Of a stretch of 64,000 nucleotides of DNA, positions 45,261 through 53,419 are shown piece by piece. The notes below the pieces were generated by a model. That model saw only the letters and a program-made list of their open reading frames with translations. It ran no database searches and was not told the origin of the DNA. Position numbers and translations under genes: made by a program. The stretch is from Nitrospirota bacterium (GTDB taxonomy: Bacteria; Nitrospirota; Nitrospiria; 2-01-FULL-66-17). Each line of letters starts with the position of its first letter. Positions within the stretch are counted from its first letter, which is position 1. Location: NCBI GenBank assembly GCA_049325335.1, contig JBMOMC010000001.1, positions 64,001 to 128,000 on the forward strand, written 5' to 3'.

Positions 45261-46180
45261 GGCAGCCCGGGCCGTTGCCCTGGGCGTTGATCGTCCTCGC
45301 TACGCTACTGACCATCGGCCGTCCCGCGTCCGGCGAACCGCTCCGGGTCGTGGCAACTCTTCCTGTCCTCGCCGACTTCGTCCGAGCCGTGGGCGGCGAC
45401 GCCGTGACGGTCACGAGCCTCATCACCGGGCTCGAAAGCGAACACACCTATACGCCGAAACCAAGCGACGTCGAAACCGTGCGACGGGCCGCGGTGCTGG
45501 TCAAGGTGGGATTGGGGCTTGAAGTCTGGGTCAACGGACTGATCGCGAACGCCGAAAACTCACGGCTAATCGTGGTGGACACCTCGCAAGGCATCGGCCT
45601 CATGCGGGGCGGCGAGCACGACCACCCCGACGACAAAGACGCGCTGCCCCGCGCCGAGGAACGCCGCAGCGGCGGCAACCCCCACGTATGGCTGGACCCG
45701 GAGAACGCCCAGACCATGGTGCGTCACGTCACCGACGGGTTGATCAAAGCGGACCCGGCGCGCAAAAAAGCCTACTTGGTCAACCAGGCCGATTACTTAA
45801 AACAGCTCGACGAGTTGACCCGAACGCTCAAGGCGCGGTTCGAGGCGCTTCCCAACCGCAAGATCATCACGCACCATGCAGCGTGGCCCTATTTCGCGCG
45901 GCGGTTCGACCTGCGCATCCGCGGAGAAATTTTCAGCCAGATCGGCGCGGAACCCTCGGCCAAACGCCTCGCGGACCTGATCCGATTGATCAGGAAGGAG
46001 AACATCCGCGTGATCGTGTCCGAACCGCAGCTCTCGCCGAAAATTCCCGACTCCTTGGCCCAGGAAACCGGCGCCAAGGTCGTGATCCTCACCCCGCTGC
46101 CGGGCGCGCTGCCGGGAACCGATGACTACCTCTCCATGATGCGGTACAACGCGTCGGCCCTGCTGGAGGCCCTGCGGTGA
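45257..46180 (+). CDS. Zn/Mn ABC transporter substrate-binding protein
   Basis: HTY.PKPSD, NPHVWLDP, H.AW.YF. Confidence 0.93.
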   Translation: MRQPGPLPWALIVLATLLTIGRPASGEPLRVVATLPVLADFVRAVGGDAVTVTSLITGLESEHTYTPKPSDVETVRRAAVLVKVGLGLEVWVNGLIANAENSRLIVVDTSQGIGLMRGGEHDHPDDKDALPRAEERRSGGNPHVWLDPENAQTMVRHVTDGLIKADPARKKAYLVNQADYLKQLDELTRTLKARFEALPNRKIITHHAAWPYFARRFDLRIRGEIFSQIGAEPSAKRLADLIRLIRKENIRVIVSEPQLSPKIPDSLAQETGAKVVILTPLPGALPGTDDYLSMMRYNASALLEALR

Positions 46181-46965
46181 CGGCGTCGGACGTCATCACC
46201 TTCGACCACGCGACCCTCGATTACCGCGCCCGTCCGGCGCTGGAAGACATCACCCTCGGCATCCGCGCGGGAGAGTTCCTGGGAGTGATCGGGCCCAATG
46301 GATCGGGCAAAACCACCTTCCTCAAGGCTATTCTCGGGTTGATCACCCCCACCGCAGGATCGGTCCGCGTTTTCGACTGCGTGTGCCATCAGCTCCGATG
46401 CGAACACCGGGCCCGAATCGGCTACCTCCCGCAACACGAACACGTGGACCCGCACTTTCCCATCACGGTGGCCGAAGCCGTGATGATGGGGCGGTACAGC
46501 ACCATCGGGTTGTTCCGGTATCCGGGACGCGCCGACCAGGCGATCGTGCGTGAAGCCCTTGAAGCCGTGGATATGCTCCCATTGGCCGACGCGGCGGTGG
46601 GCGAGTTATCCGGCGGACAACAACAGCGCGTCATGATCGCGCGCGCGCTTGCGCAGCGGCCCGCGATCTTGTTGCTCGACGAGCCCACCACCGGCATCGA
46701 CGCGCCCACGCAGCACGCGATCATGGACCTCATCACCAAGCTGCACCGCGAGATGCGGTTGACCATTCTTTTCGTCACCCACGACATCAACCTGATCAGC
46801 CGGGTCGCGGACCGGCTGGTACTCCTCAAAACCCGTCTGTTCGCGGCGGGCCCTCCCGCCGAGGTGCTACGGCGCGACACCTTGGCCCAGGTCTACGGGC
46901 AGGACATCGTGGTCACCGATCACGGTGCCGCGCCGTATGTAATCGTGGCGGATCATCATGCGTGA
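46177..46965 (+). CDS. Zn/Mn ABC transporter ATPase
   Basis: GPNGSGKTT, LSGGQQQR, LLLDEP. Confidence 0.93.
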   Translation: MTASDVITFDHATLDYRARPALEDITLGIRAGEFLGVIGPNGSGKTTFLKAILGLITPTAGSVRVFDCVCHQLRCEHRARIGYLPQHEHVDPHFPITVAEAVMMGRYSTIGLFRYPGRADQAIVREALEAVDMLPLADAAVGELSGGQQQRVMIARALAQRPAILLLDEPTTGIDAPTQHAIMDLITKLHREMRLTILFVTHDINLISRVADRLVLLKTRLFAAGPPAEVLRRDTLAQVYGQDIVVTDHGAAPYVIVADHHA

Positions 46966-46973
46966 AAAGCCGC

Positions 46974-47021
46974 GGATCGGACCGATCAGCCCGATCCGAC
47001 CGATCGGTCCAATATGACCTA
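46974..47021 (+). repeat. Degenerate 9-nt tandem repeat
   Basis: gatcggacc gatcagccc gatccgacc gatcggtcc aatatgacc. Confidence 0.65.
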
Positions 47022-47838
47022 TGAACTGCTCTCGTTCGGTTTCATGCAGCGCGCCCTGGCCGCGTCGGTCATCATCGGGGTATTGTGCGCGGTCATCGGC
47101 GTGTTCGTGGTGTTGCGCGGGCTGTCGTTCATCGGTGCGGGCACGTCCCACGCCGCGTTCGCGGGGGTAACATTCGGCTACCTGACCGGCGTGTCGCCGC
47201 TGGCCATGGCGATCGCGTTCGGACTGGGCACGGTGTGGATCGTGCACGCGTTGTATCAACGCGGGGTCATGAAGCTCGACGCGTCGATCGGGATTTTTTA
47301 CACCTTCACCATGGCACTGGCGATCCTGTTCCTCGGACTGATGGGCACCTACAACGCGGAAGTGTACGGTTTTCTGTTCGGCAGCGTGCTCTCGGTCACC
47401 ACCGAGGACATCACGGTGATGTTGTGGCTGGCGGGCGCGGTGTTGGCGCTGGTGGTCCTGTTTTATAAGGAGTTCCATTTCATCACGTTCGACCCCAGTA
47501 TGGCCGAAGCCACGGGTATCGCGTCGGCGCGGCTGTTTTTCCTGCTGTTGAACCTCATCGCGCTGACCGTGGTGATCTCGCTCAAGACGGTCGGCGCCTT
47601 GTTGGTCTTTGCCATGATCGTGATTCCGGCGGCCGCGGCCTACCAGCTCGGACGGACCATGCTGGGCATGATGGCCTACGCGGTCGCGCTGGGCGTGGGC
47701 TCCTCGGTCGGCGGCGTGCTCATCTCCTACCGCTTTGACGTGCCCTCGGGCGCGACCATCGTCCTCTTGGCCACGGCGCTCTTTTTTGTCGCGGTTGTCC
47801 TGTCTCCGAAGCGGCGACGGCTGCGGGCCTCACCGTAG
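47014..47838 (+). CDS. Zn/Mn ABC transporter permease
   Basis: FMQRAL, SHAAFAG, FLFGSVL, VGALLV, PSGATIV. Confidence 0.93.
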   Translation: MTYELLSFGFMQRALAASVIIGVLCAVIGVFVVLRGLSFIGAGTSHAAFAGVTFGYLTGVSPLAMAIAFGLGTVWIVHALYQRGVMKLDASIGIFYTFTMALAILFLGLMGTYNAEVYGFLFGSVLSVTTEDITVMLWLAGAVLALVVLFYKEFHFITFDPSMAEATGIASARLFFLLLNLIALTVVISLKTVGALLVFAMIVIPAAAAYQLGRTMLGMMAYAVALGVGSSVGGVLISYRFDVPSGATIVLLATALFFVAVVLSPKRRRLRASP

Positions 47839-48007
47839 GACGTCCGCGAACCACATCCGGCGTCCGGTGGGTCCTTTGTGCCATTGCATTCACCAACCCA
47901 CCGATCTATAATGTGCCGTTTTTCGCACAAACGACCCTCGGCTGATCTAGCCGGTTGCGCGACCCGTCCCGTACGCTGAAACGGAATGCGTCGTAGAGGA
48001 GAATTTG

Positions 48008-50050
48008 ATGTACAAGACGATTTACGTCCCCGTCGACAATTCGGATCACTCCAACCGCGCAATCGAGCTGGCGGTCAAACTCGCCCAGCAGTTCGGCGCC
48101 ACCGTGGTCGGCAGCCACGCCTACGCGGCCAAGATGCACGACAAACGCTTCAAACAGATGGAAGCGGGTTTGCCCGAGGAATATCATGACGAAAAGGAAC
48201 TCGAACGCCAACGCCGCATCCACGATTCGCTGATCACCCGCGGCCTGGAAATCATCACCGACTGTTACCTGGACGTGGTCGATCAGCAGTGCAAGAGCGC
48301 CAACGTAGGCTTTGAGCGGCGTTTTCTGGAGGGCAAGAACTTCCAGGTCCTGGTCGACGACATCAAGACCAACAAGTACGACCTGGTGGTCATGGGCGCC
48401 CTGGGCGTGGGCGCGGTGCGCGACAGCGTGATCGGCAGCGTGGTAGAGCGCACGGTGCGCCGGGTCCACGGGTCGGACTTTCTGATCATCAAGAATCCCA
48501 AGTCGATCGAACCCGACGGGCCGATCGTGGCCGCGCTCGACGGCAGCCCGCACTCCTACGGCGGTCTAATGACTGCGCTCGCCCTCGGCAAGGCCCTCAA
48601 CGCGCCGGTGGAAGCCATCTCCGCGTTCGATCCCTACTTTCATTACGCAATGTTCAACAGCATCGCCGACGTGTTGTCCGAGGAAGCCGGGCAGGTGTTC
48701 CGGTTCAAGGAACAGGAGAAACTGCACGAGGAGATTATCGACTCCGGGCTCGCCAAGATCTACCAGGCGCACCTGGACATCGGCAAACAGATCGCGGACG
48801 CCGAGGGGGTCAAACTCAAGACCACGTTGCTCGACGGCAAGGCCTTTGAGCGCTGCCTGCAATACGTGAAGAAGAACAAGCCGTGGCTCCTGATCATGGG
48901 CCGCATCGGCGTACACTCGGACGACACCATGGACATCGGGAGCAATTCCGAAAACCTGATGCGCCTGGCGGGCTGCAATATCCTGATCTCCAACCGCACC
49001 TACGTACCCCCGATCGACACCATGGCGCAGTACACCATTGCGTGGACCGAGGAAGCGGCCAAACGCATGGAAAAGGTCCCGGTGTTCGCGCGCGGCGTGG
49101 CCCGCACCGCGATCTATCGCTACGCGATCGAGAAGGGCCACACCATCATCTCCAACGAAGTCGTAGACGCGGCCATGGGCCACTTGTTGCCGCCGGACGC
49201 CGTGGCCGCCATGAAGGGGCTCGGCAAGACGTTGGACGCCGCGGGCGTGGACCGCAATAAAATGGAAGCCAGCGACGAGGTCGTCAAAGACCTGATGGGC
49301 GCGCAGGGCGCGCAGATCATGGGTCTGATGGGCGACACCGCCGCAGCCAGCGCGGGACAGAACGTGTTGAACTACGAGGAACGCCGCGAGTTGGATTACT
49401 GGGTGTGCAGCGACTGCGGGTATTTGGCTAAGGGTAGCCAGCCGGTCAAGTGCCCGATCTGCCCGGCCGACGGCGCCAAGTTCAAATTGATCGACAAGTC
49501 CCTCATCGTGGCCGCGGCCAAGGCCGAGGGCAACATCGAGGTGGAAATCGCGTACGACGACGTGGTGATCCAGTGGACCGCGGAAGCCAAAGAGCGGCTC
49601 AAGGCCGTGCCCTCCGGTTACATGCGCCGGCGCGCCAAGGCCATCATCGACAAGTCGGCGCGCAAGATGGGCCTCAAGACCATCACCACCGAATTCGCGA
49701 GCAAGGTCATCATGGAGTACGCCTCCGAAGTGAGCTGGAAGGACGAATTGCTGGCGGGCGATGCGGAAGAGAAACTTTCGGCCCCGGCGCCGGAATTCGA
49801 GTGGACTCGCGACGCCAATCAACGCATCGAGCGCGTGCCGCCTGGCTACATGCGCGACTGCACCAAGGGCATGGTCGAGACTCACGCGCGAGAAAAAGGC
49901 GTGCGCGCCATCACCCTGGAGATCTGCAACGAGGGCATTGAAAAAGCCAAGGCCGCGATGGAAGATGCCATGAAGAATCCGGCGAAGATGGAAGAGATCT
50001 TGGCGAAGTTCATGCCGAAGAAGCCGGAAACCGCGCAGCCGACGGCGTAA
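48008..50050 (+). CDS. Multidomain protein: 2x universal stress domain, 3x PCP_red-like helical domain, rubredoxin-like motif
   Basis: I.VPVDNS.HS..A and ALDGS.HS; DLVVMG..G.G...IGSV; three W-T/S-x-E/D-A-x-x-R-x-x-x-VP units; CSDC...CPIC. Confidence 0.85.
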   Translation: MYKTIYVPVDNSDHSNRAIELAVKLAQQFGATVVGSHAYAAKMHDKRFKQMEAGLPEEYHDEKELERQRRIHDSLITRGLEIITDCYLDVVDQQCKSANVGFERRFLEGKNFQVLVDDIKTNKYDLVVMGALGVGAVRDSVIGSVVERTVRRVHGSDFLIIKNPKSIEPDGPIVAALDGSPHSYGGLMTALALGKALNAPVEAISAFDPYFHYAMFNSIADVLSEEAGQVFRFKEQEKLHEEIIDSGLAKIYQAHLDIGKQIADAEGVKLKTTLLDGKAFERCLQYVKKNKPWLLIMGRIGVHSDDTMDIGSNSENLMRLAGCNILISNRTYVPPIDTMAQYTIAWTEEAAKRMEKVPVFARGVARTAIYRYAIEKGHTIISNEVVDAAMGHLLPPDAVAAMKGLGKTLDAAGVDRNKMEASDEVVKDLMGAQGAQIMGLMGDTAAASAGQNVLNYEERRELDYWVCSDCGYLAKGSQPVKCPICPADGAKFKLIDKSLIVAAAKAEGNIEVEIAYDDVVIQWTAEAKERLKAVPSGYMRRRAKAIIDKSARKMGLKTITTEFASKVIMEYASEVSWKDELLAGDAEEKLSAPAPEFEWTRDANQRIERVPPGYMRDCTKGMVETHAREKGVRAITLEICNEGIEKAKAAMEDAMKNPAKMEEILAKFMPKKPETAQPTA

Positions 50051-50079
50051 AGATCGCTATGTGATGTATTGGACGTATT

Positions 50080-50107
50080 GTAGGGGTGCACGGCCGTGCG
50101 CCCCTAC
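50080..50107 (+). repeat. GTAG-type REP palindrome
   Basis: gtaggggtgcacggccgtgcgcccctac. Confidence 0.85.
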
Positions 50108-50143
50108 GTGAGACGGCCTACCAGAGAACGAACAGCGAAATTC

Positions 50144-51526
50144 ATGACCGTAGATCTGAAACTCCCCCTATATTCGTTGCCCCAGGAAGACTTCAAACCC
50201 TTTCTGATCGCGTGGAACCTCACCAAACGCTGCAACCTGCGCTGCGCGCACTGCTATCTCTCCGCGGGCGAGCGGGACGCGGGGTCGATCGACGAGTTGA
50301 CCACGGAGGAGTGTTACCGGACCATCGACGACATAGTCCGGGTGAACCCCGCGTCGATCCTGGTGTTGACCGGCGGCGAGCCTTTGCTGCGCCGCGACAT
50401 CCCCCAGATTGCGCGCTACGCCACGTCAAAGGGCATGATGGTGGTGGTCGGCACCAACGGGACCCTGCTCACCGACGAGAAGATCAAAGAGCTCCTGGCC
50501 GCCGGCGTGATGGGCGTGTCGATTTCGGTCGATTCGCTGGACCAACACAACCACGACACGTTCCGCCGTTTGCCCGGCGCGCTCCAGGGGTCACTCGACG
50601 GCATCGCAGCGTGCCGCCGCAACGGCCTGCAGTTTCAGGTCCACACCACCGCCAGCTCGATGAATTACGCCGAGATCCCCGCGATCATGGAGTACGCCTA
50701 CAAGGCGGGCGCGCGCGTGTACAACCTGTTCTTCCTGGTGTGCACGGGCCGCGGCGAGGAGATGTCCGACATCACGCCCGAGCAATACGAGCAGGTGTTG
50801 AACTATCTCGTCGATATTCAGACCAAGTTTCCCGGCATGCTCGTGCGCTCGCGCTGTGCGCCGCACTTCAAACGCATCGCGTACGAGAAGAACCCGGAAT
50901 CCCCGATCACGAAAGCGCAAGGATACGAAGGCGGCGGATGCCTCGCTGGCACGCACTACGCGCGCATCACGCCGGAAGGGGATCTGACCCCCTGCCCGTT
51001 CATGCCGATCTCGGTGGGCAACCTGCGCGAGACCGGGTTCGACGCGCTCTGGAACGACTCCCCAGTGTTTCACCAGCTCCGCGCGCCCCGACTCAAAGGC
51101 AAGTGCGGAGATTGCGAGTACAGCGAGTTGTGCGGCGGGTGCCGTGCGCGACCGTTCGCGTCGCATGGGGATTTCTTGGACGAAGACCTGTGGTGCAACT
51201 ATACGCCCAAGGGCGGCGCGAAGGTCCTCCCGCTGGTTGAGGCCTTCGACGGCCCCCCGCCCCCATGGAGCGAAGCCGCGTTGGAACGGCTGAACCGTTT
51301 GCCGTTTTTTCTCCAAAAAATGGTCAAACAACGCGTGGAGAAGTATGCGCGCGAACAGAGCGCGGTTGTCATCACGCCGGAATTGATGGAAGCGTTGCGC
51401 AAACGCACGTTCGGCAACGAGACCCCGGTCTTCGACATGGGGCGGTTCCAGGGGTTGATGCCGGAGGACGGTTGGCCGGGCACAGACGCGGTACCCGCGC
51501 CGAGCCAGGAGATCCGCGGGCGGTGA
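50144..51526 (+). CDS. Radical SAM/SPASM protein (NirJ/Ahb-like) with a C-terminal PCP_red-like domain
   Basis: WNLT.RCNLRC.HCY, LTGGEPL, GC.AG...PC...KC..C...CGGCRAR...C; tail WSEAALERLNRLPFF. Confidence 0.87.
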   Translation: MTVDLKLPLYSLPQEDFKPFLIAWNLTKRCNLRCAHCYLSAGERDAGSIDELTTEECYRTIDDIVRVNPASILVLTGGEPLLRRDIPQIARYATSKGMMVVVGTNGTLLTDEKIKELLAAGVMGVSISVDSLDQHNHDTFRRLPGALQGSLDGIAACRRNGLQFQVHTTASSMNYAEIPAIMEYAYKAGARVYNLFFLVCTGRGEEMSDITPEQYEQVLNYLVDIQTKFPGMLVRSRCAPHFKRIAYEKNPESPITKAQGYEGGGCLAGTHYARITPEGDLTPCPFMPISVGNLRETGFDALWNDSPVFHQLRAPRLKGKCGDCEYSELCGGCRARPFASHGDFLDEDLWCNYTPKGGAKVLPLVEAFDGPPPPWSEAALERLNRLPFFLQKMVKQRVEKYAREQSAVVITPELMEALRKRTFGNETPVFDMGRFQGLMPEDGWPGTDAVPAPSQEIRGR

Positions 51527-51969
51527 TCGCGTCGGGCCAACTGTTCAAGATTCTCAACTTCTGGGTCCACTTGGTCTCCGCCTTTATTTGGATCGGCGGA
51601 GTCCTGTTTTCCAGCTTAATTCTCCTGCCCGCCGCGCAGAAGCACCTCAACAAAGACGTCCGCGGGGACTTCCTGCGTCGAGTTCACGCGCGCTTCCAAA
51701 AGATCTCGGGCGCGTTCGTGGGTCTGCTGCTCGTCACCGGGGGCATCAACATCCACTTCGCCAAACAATACCGCGGCGCGCTCACCGGCCTGTACTTCAA
51801 CGCGCTGATGCTCAAGATTCTCTTCTTTACCATTATCCTGACGTTCTATCTGTTACACCTCAAAGAACTGGGTGATAAGAAACCCATGCAGTACTTCCCC
51901 TATCAGGAAGCCACGTTGGTCCTCGGCGTGTTGATCATCCTGATGGCCGCCGTCCTTAAACACAGTTAA
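51523..51969 (+). CDS. CopD-like four-helix membrane protein
   Basis: VHL.S..IWIGG..F, L..TG, LMLK; GTGA overlap with the radical SAM gene. Confidence 0.75.
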   Translation: MIASGQLFKILNFWVHLVSAFIWIGGVLFSSLILLPAAQKHLNKDVRGDFLRRVHARFQKISGAFVGLLLVTGGINIHFAKQYRGALTGLYFNALMLKILFFTIILTFYLLHLKELGDKKPMQYFPYQEATLVLGVLIILMAAVLKHS

Positions 51970-52078
51970 CCCGGTTCGCCCGAGTTCCACCCGCTTCCGC
52001 TGGAACAAGCGGCCCAGACCGTGTATAAAGGTTTTGATACTCCGTTTGGATTACCTTCTCTCGCGGTGAGGCATCGTC

Positions 52079-53260
52079 GTGAATAGACGCATGATCGTGA
52101 TGTTGGTCTCAACCGGCTTGGTATTGGGCGGCATTTTCGGCTTCAAGTGGTTCGGCAACAAGATGATGAACCAGTTCTTCGACAACATGCCGATGCCGCC
52201 GGTCGCGATCACGGCTACGGACGCTCAGGAGCAAACGTGGGCCGCGACCATCGAGGCGGTGGGCACGGTCACGGCGGTCAACGGTATTGCGGTGAGCGCC
52301 GAAGTCGCCGGCGTGGTCCGGTCCATCCACTTTCAGTCCGGTGATCGCGTGGCGGCCGGCGCGGTCTTGATGATGCTCGATTCCGTGGTGGACCAGGCCG
52401 AGTTGCGAACGCTCGAAGCCCAGCGGGATCTGGCCGAAGCGGATTTGGCGCGTGGGCGCGACCTGTTCGGCTCCGAGGTGATGGCCAAGTCCCAGTTCGA
52501 TCGGGTCGAGAGCGCGGCGGCGCAAGCCGCGGCTCGCGTGGAAGCGCAACGCGCGCTCATCGCCAAAAAGACCATCCGGGCGCCGTTCTCGGGCGTGCTC
52601 GGAATTCGGCGGGCAAACCTCGGACAGTACGTGAGCCCAGGCACGCCGTTGGTCACCCTCCAATCGCTCGATCCGATCTACGTGAACTTTGCGTTGCCCG
52701 AACAACGACTGGGCCTGTTGGCCGTGGGCCAGCCCGTCGCGGCCGTCGTGGACGCGTTCTCAGACGCCGCGTTCGAGGGACGCATCACCGCAATCGAGCC
52801 GCGCGTGGACGAGAACACGCGCAACTTCGACCTCCAAGCCACCTTCCGCAACGCGGACCGGCGTCTGCAACCGGGACTGTTCGCGCGTGTTCGTATTGCG
52901 TTGCCCACGTCGGAGCGTTATGTGGTCGTACCGCAAACTTCGGTCAGCTACAACCCCTACGGCAACTCGGTGTATGTGATTCAAGAAGCCGCGCACAGCC
53001 CATCAGACGCCACGAACACGAACCCGGCCGAGGGCGCGCACGCCACGCCCACCGGGCAAGGGCCGACGCTGACGGTGACGCGCCGGTTGATCAAGACCGG
53101 TCCAACCCGCGGCGACTTCGTGGCGGTGGTCGAGGGACTCAAACCCGGCGAACGCGTGGCGACGTCCGGCCTCCTCAAACTTCGCAATGACGCGGTGGTG
53201 GTGATCAACAACGCGGTGACGCCGGCCGCGAATCTCCAACCCACGCCCCCCGAAAGTTAG
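52079..53260 (+). CDS. RND efflux membrane fusion protein
   Basis: IRAPFSG.LG, LQSLDPIYVNF, GLKPGE.V.TSG. Confidence 0.93.
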   Translation: MNRRMIVMLVSTGLVLGGIFGFKWFGNKMMNQFFDNMPMPPVAITATDAQEQTWAATIEAVGTVTAVNGIAVSAEVAGVVRSIHFQSGDRVAAGAVLMMLDSVVDQAELRTLEAQRDLAEADLARGRDLFGSEVMAKSQFDRVESAAAQAAARVEAQRALIAKKTIRAPFSGVLGIRRANLGQYVSPGTPLVTLQSLDPIYVNFALPEQRLGLLAVGQPVAAVVDAFSDAAFEGRITAIEPRVDENTRNFDLQATFRNADRRLQPGLFARVRIALPTSERYVVVPQTSVSYNPYGNSVYVIQEAAHSPSDATNTNPAEGAHATPTGQGPTLTVTRRLIKTGPTRGDFVAVVEGLKPGERVATSGLLKLRNDAVVVINNAVTPAANLQPTPPES

Positions 53261-53385
53261 ACGCCTGTCCATGAATGGTCATCTGCGGCGTTGTCGCTTC
53301 GGAATCGCTCCTCACGTACGACCCAGTACGCTCCGGGGGGATTCCTCACTCCGCCTTGCATCTGACCCATTCCTGAACAGGCGTC
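53260..53385 (-). mobile_element. MITE-like repeat, copy 4 (inverted)
   Basis: GACGCCTGT...ACAGGCGTC ends; reverse-complemented shared core. Confidence 0.8.
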
Positions 53386-53419
53386 CACACACTGGTACTC
53401 GGACAGGATACTAGAGGCC

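Noticed and set aside
50062..50080. Two-copy 9-mer (gatgtattg gacgtattg) before a REP
   Set aside because: Too short to interpret; similar in scale to the 9-nt repeat at 46974, probably slippage.
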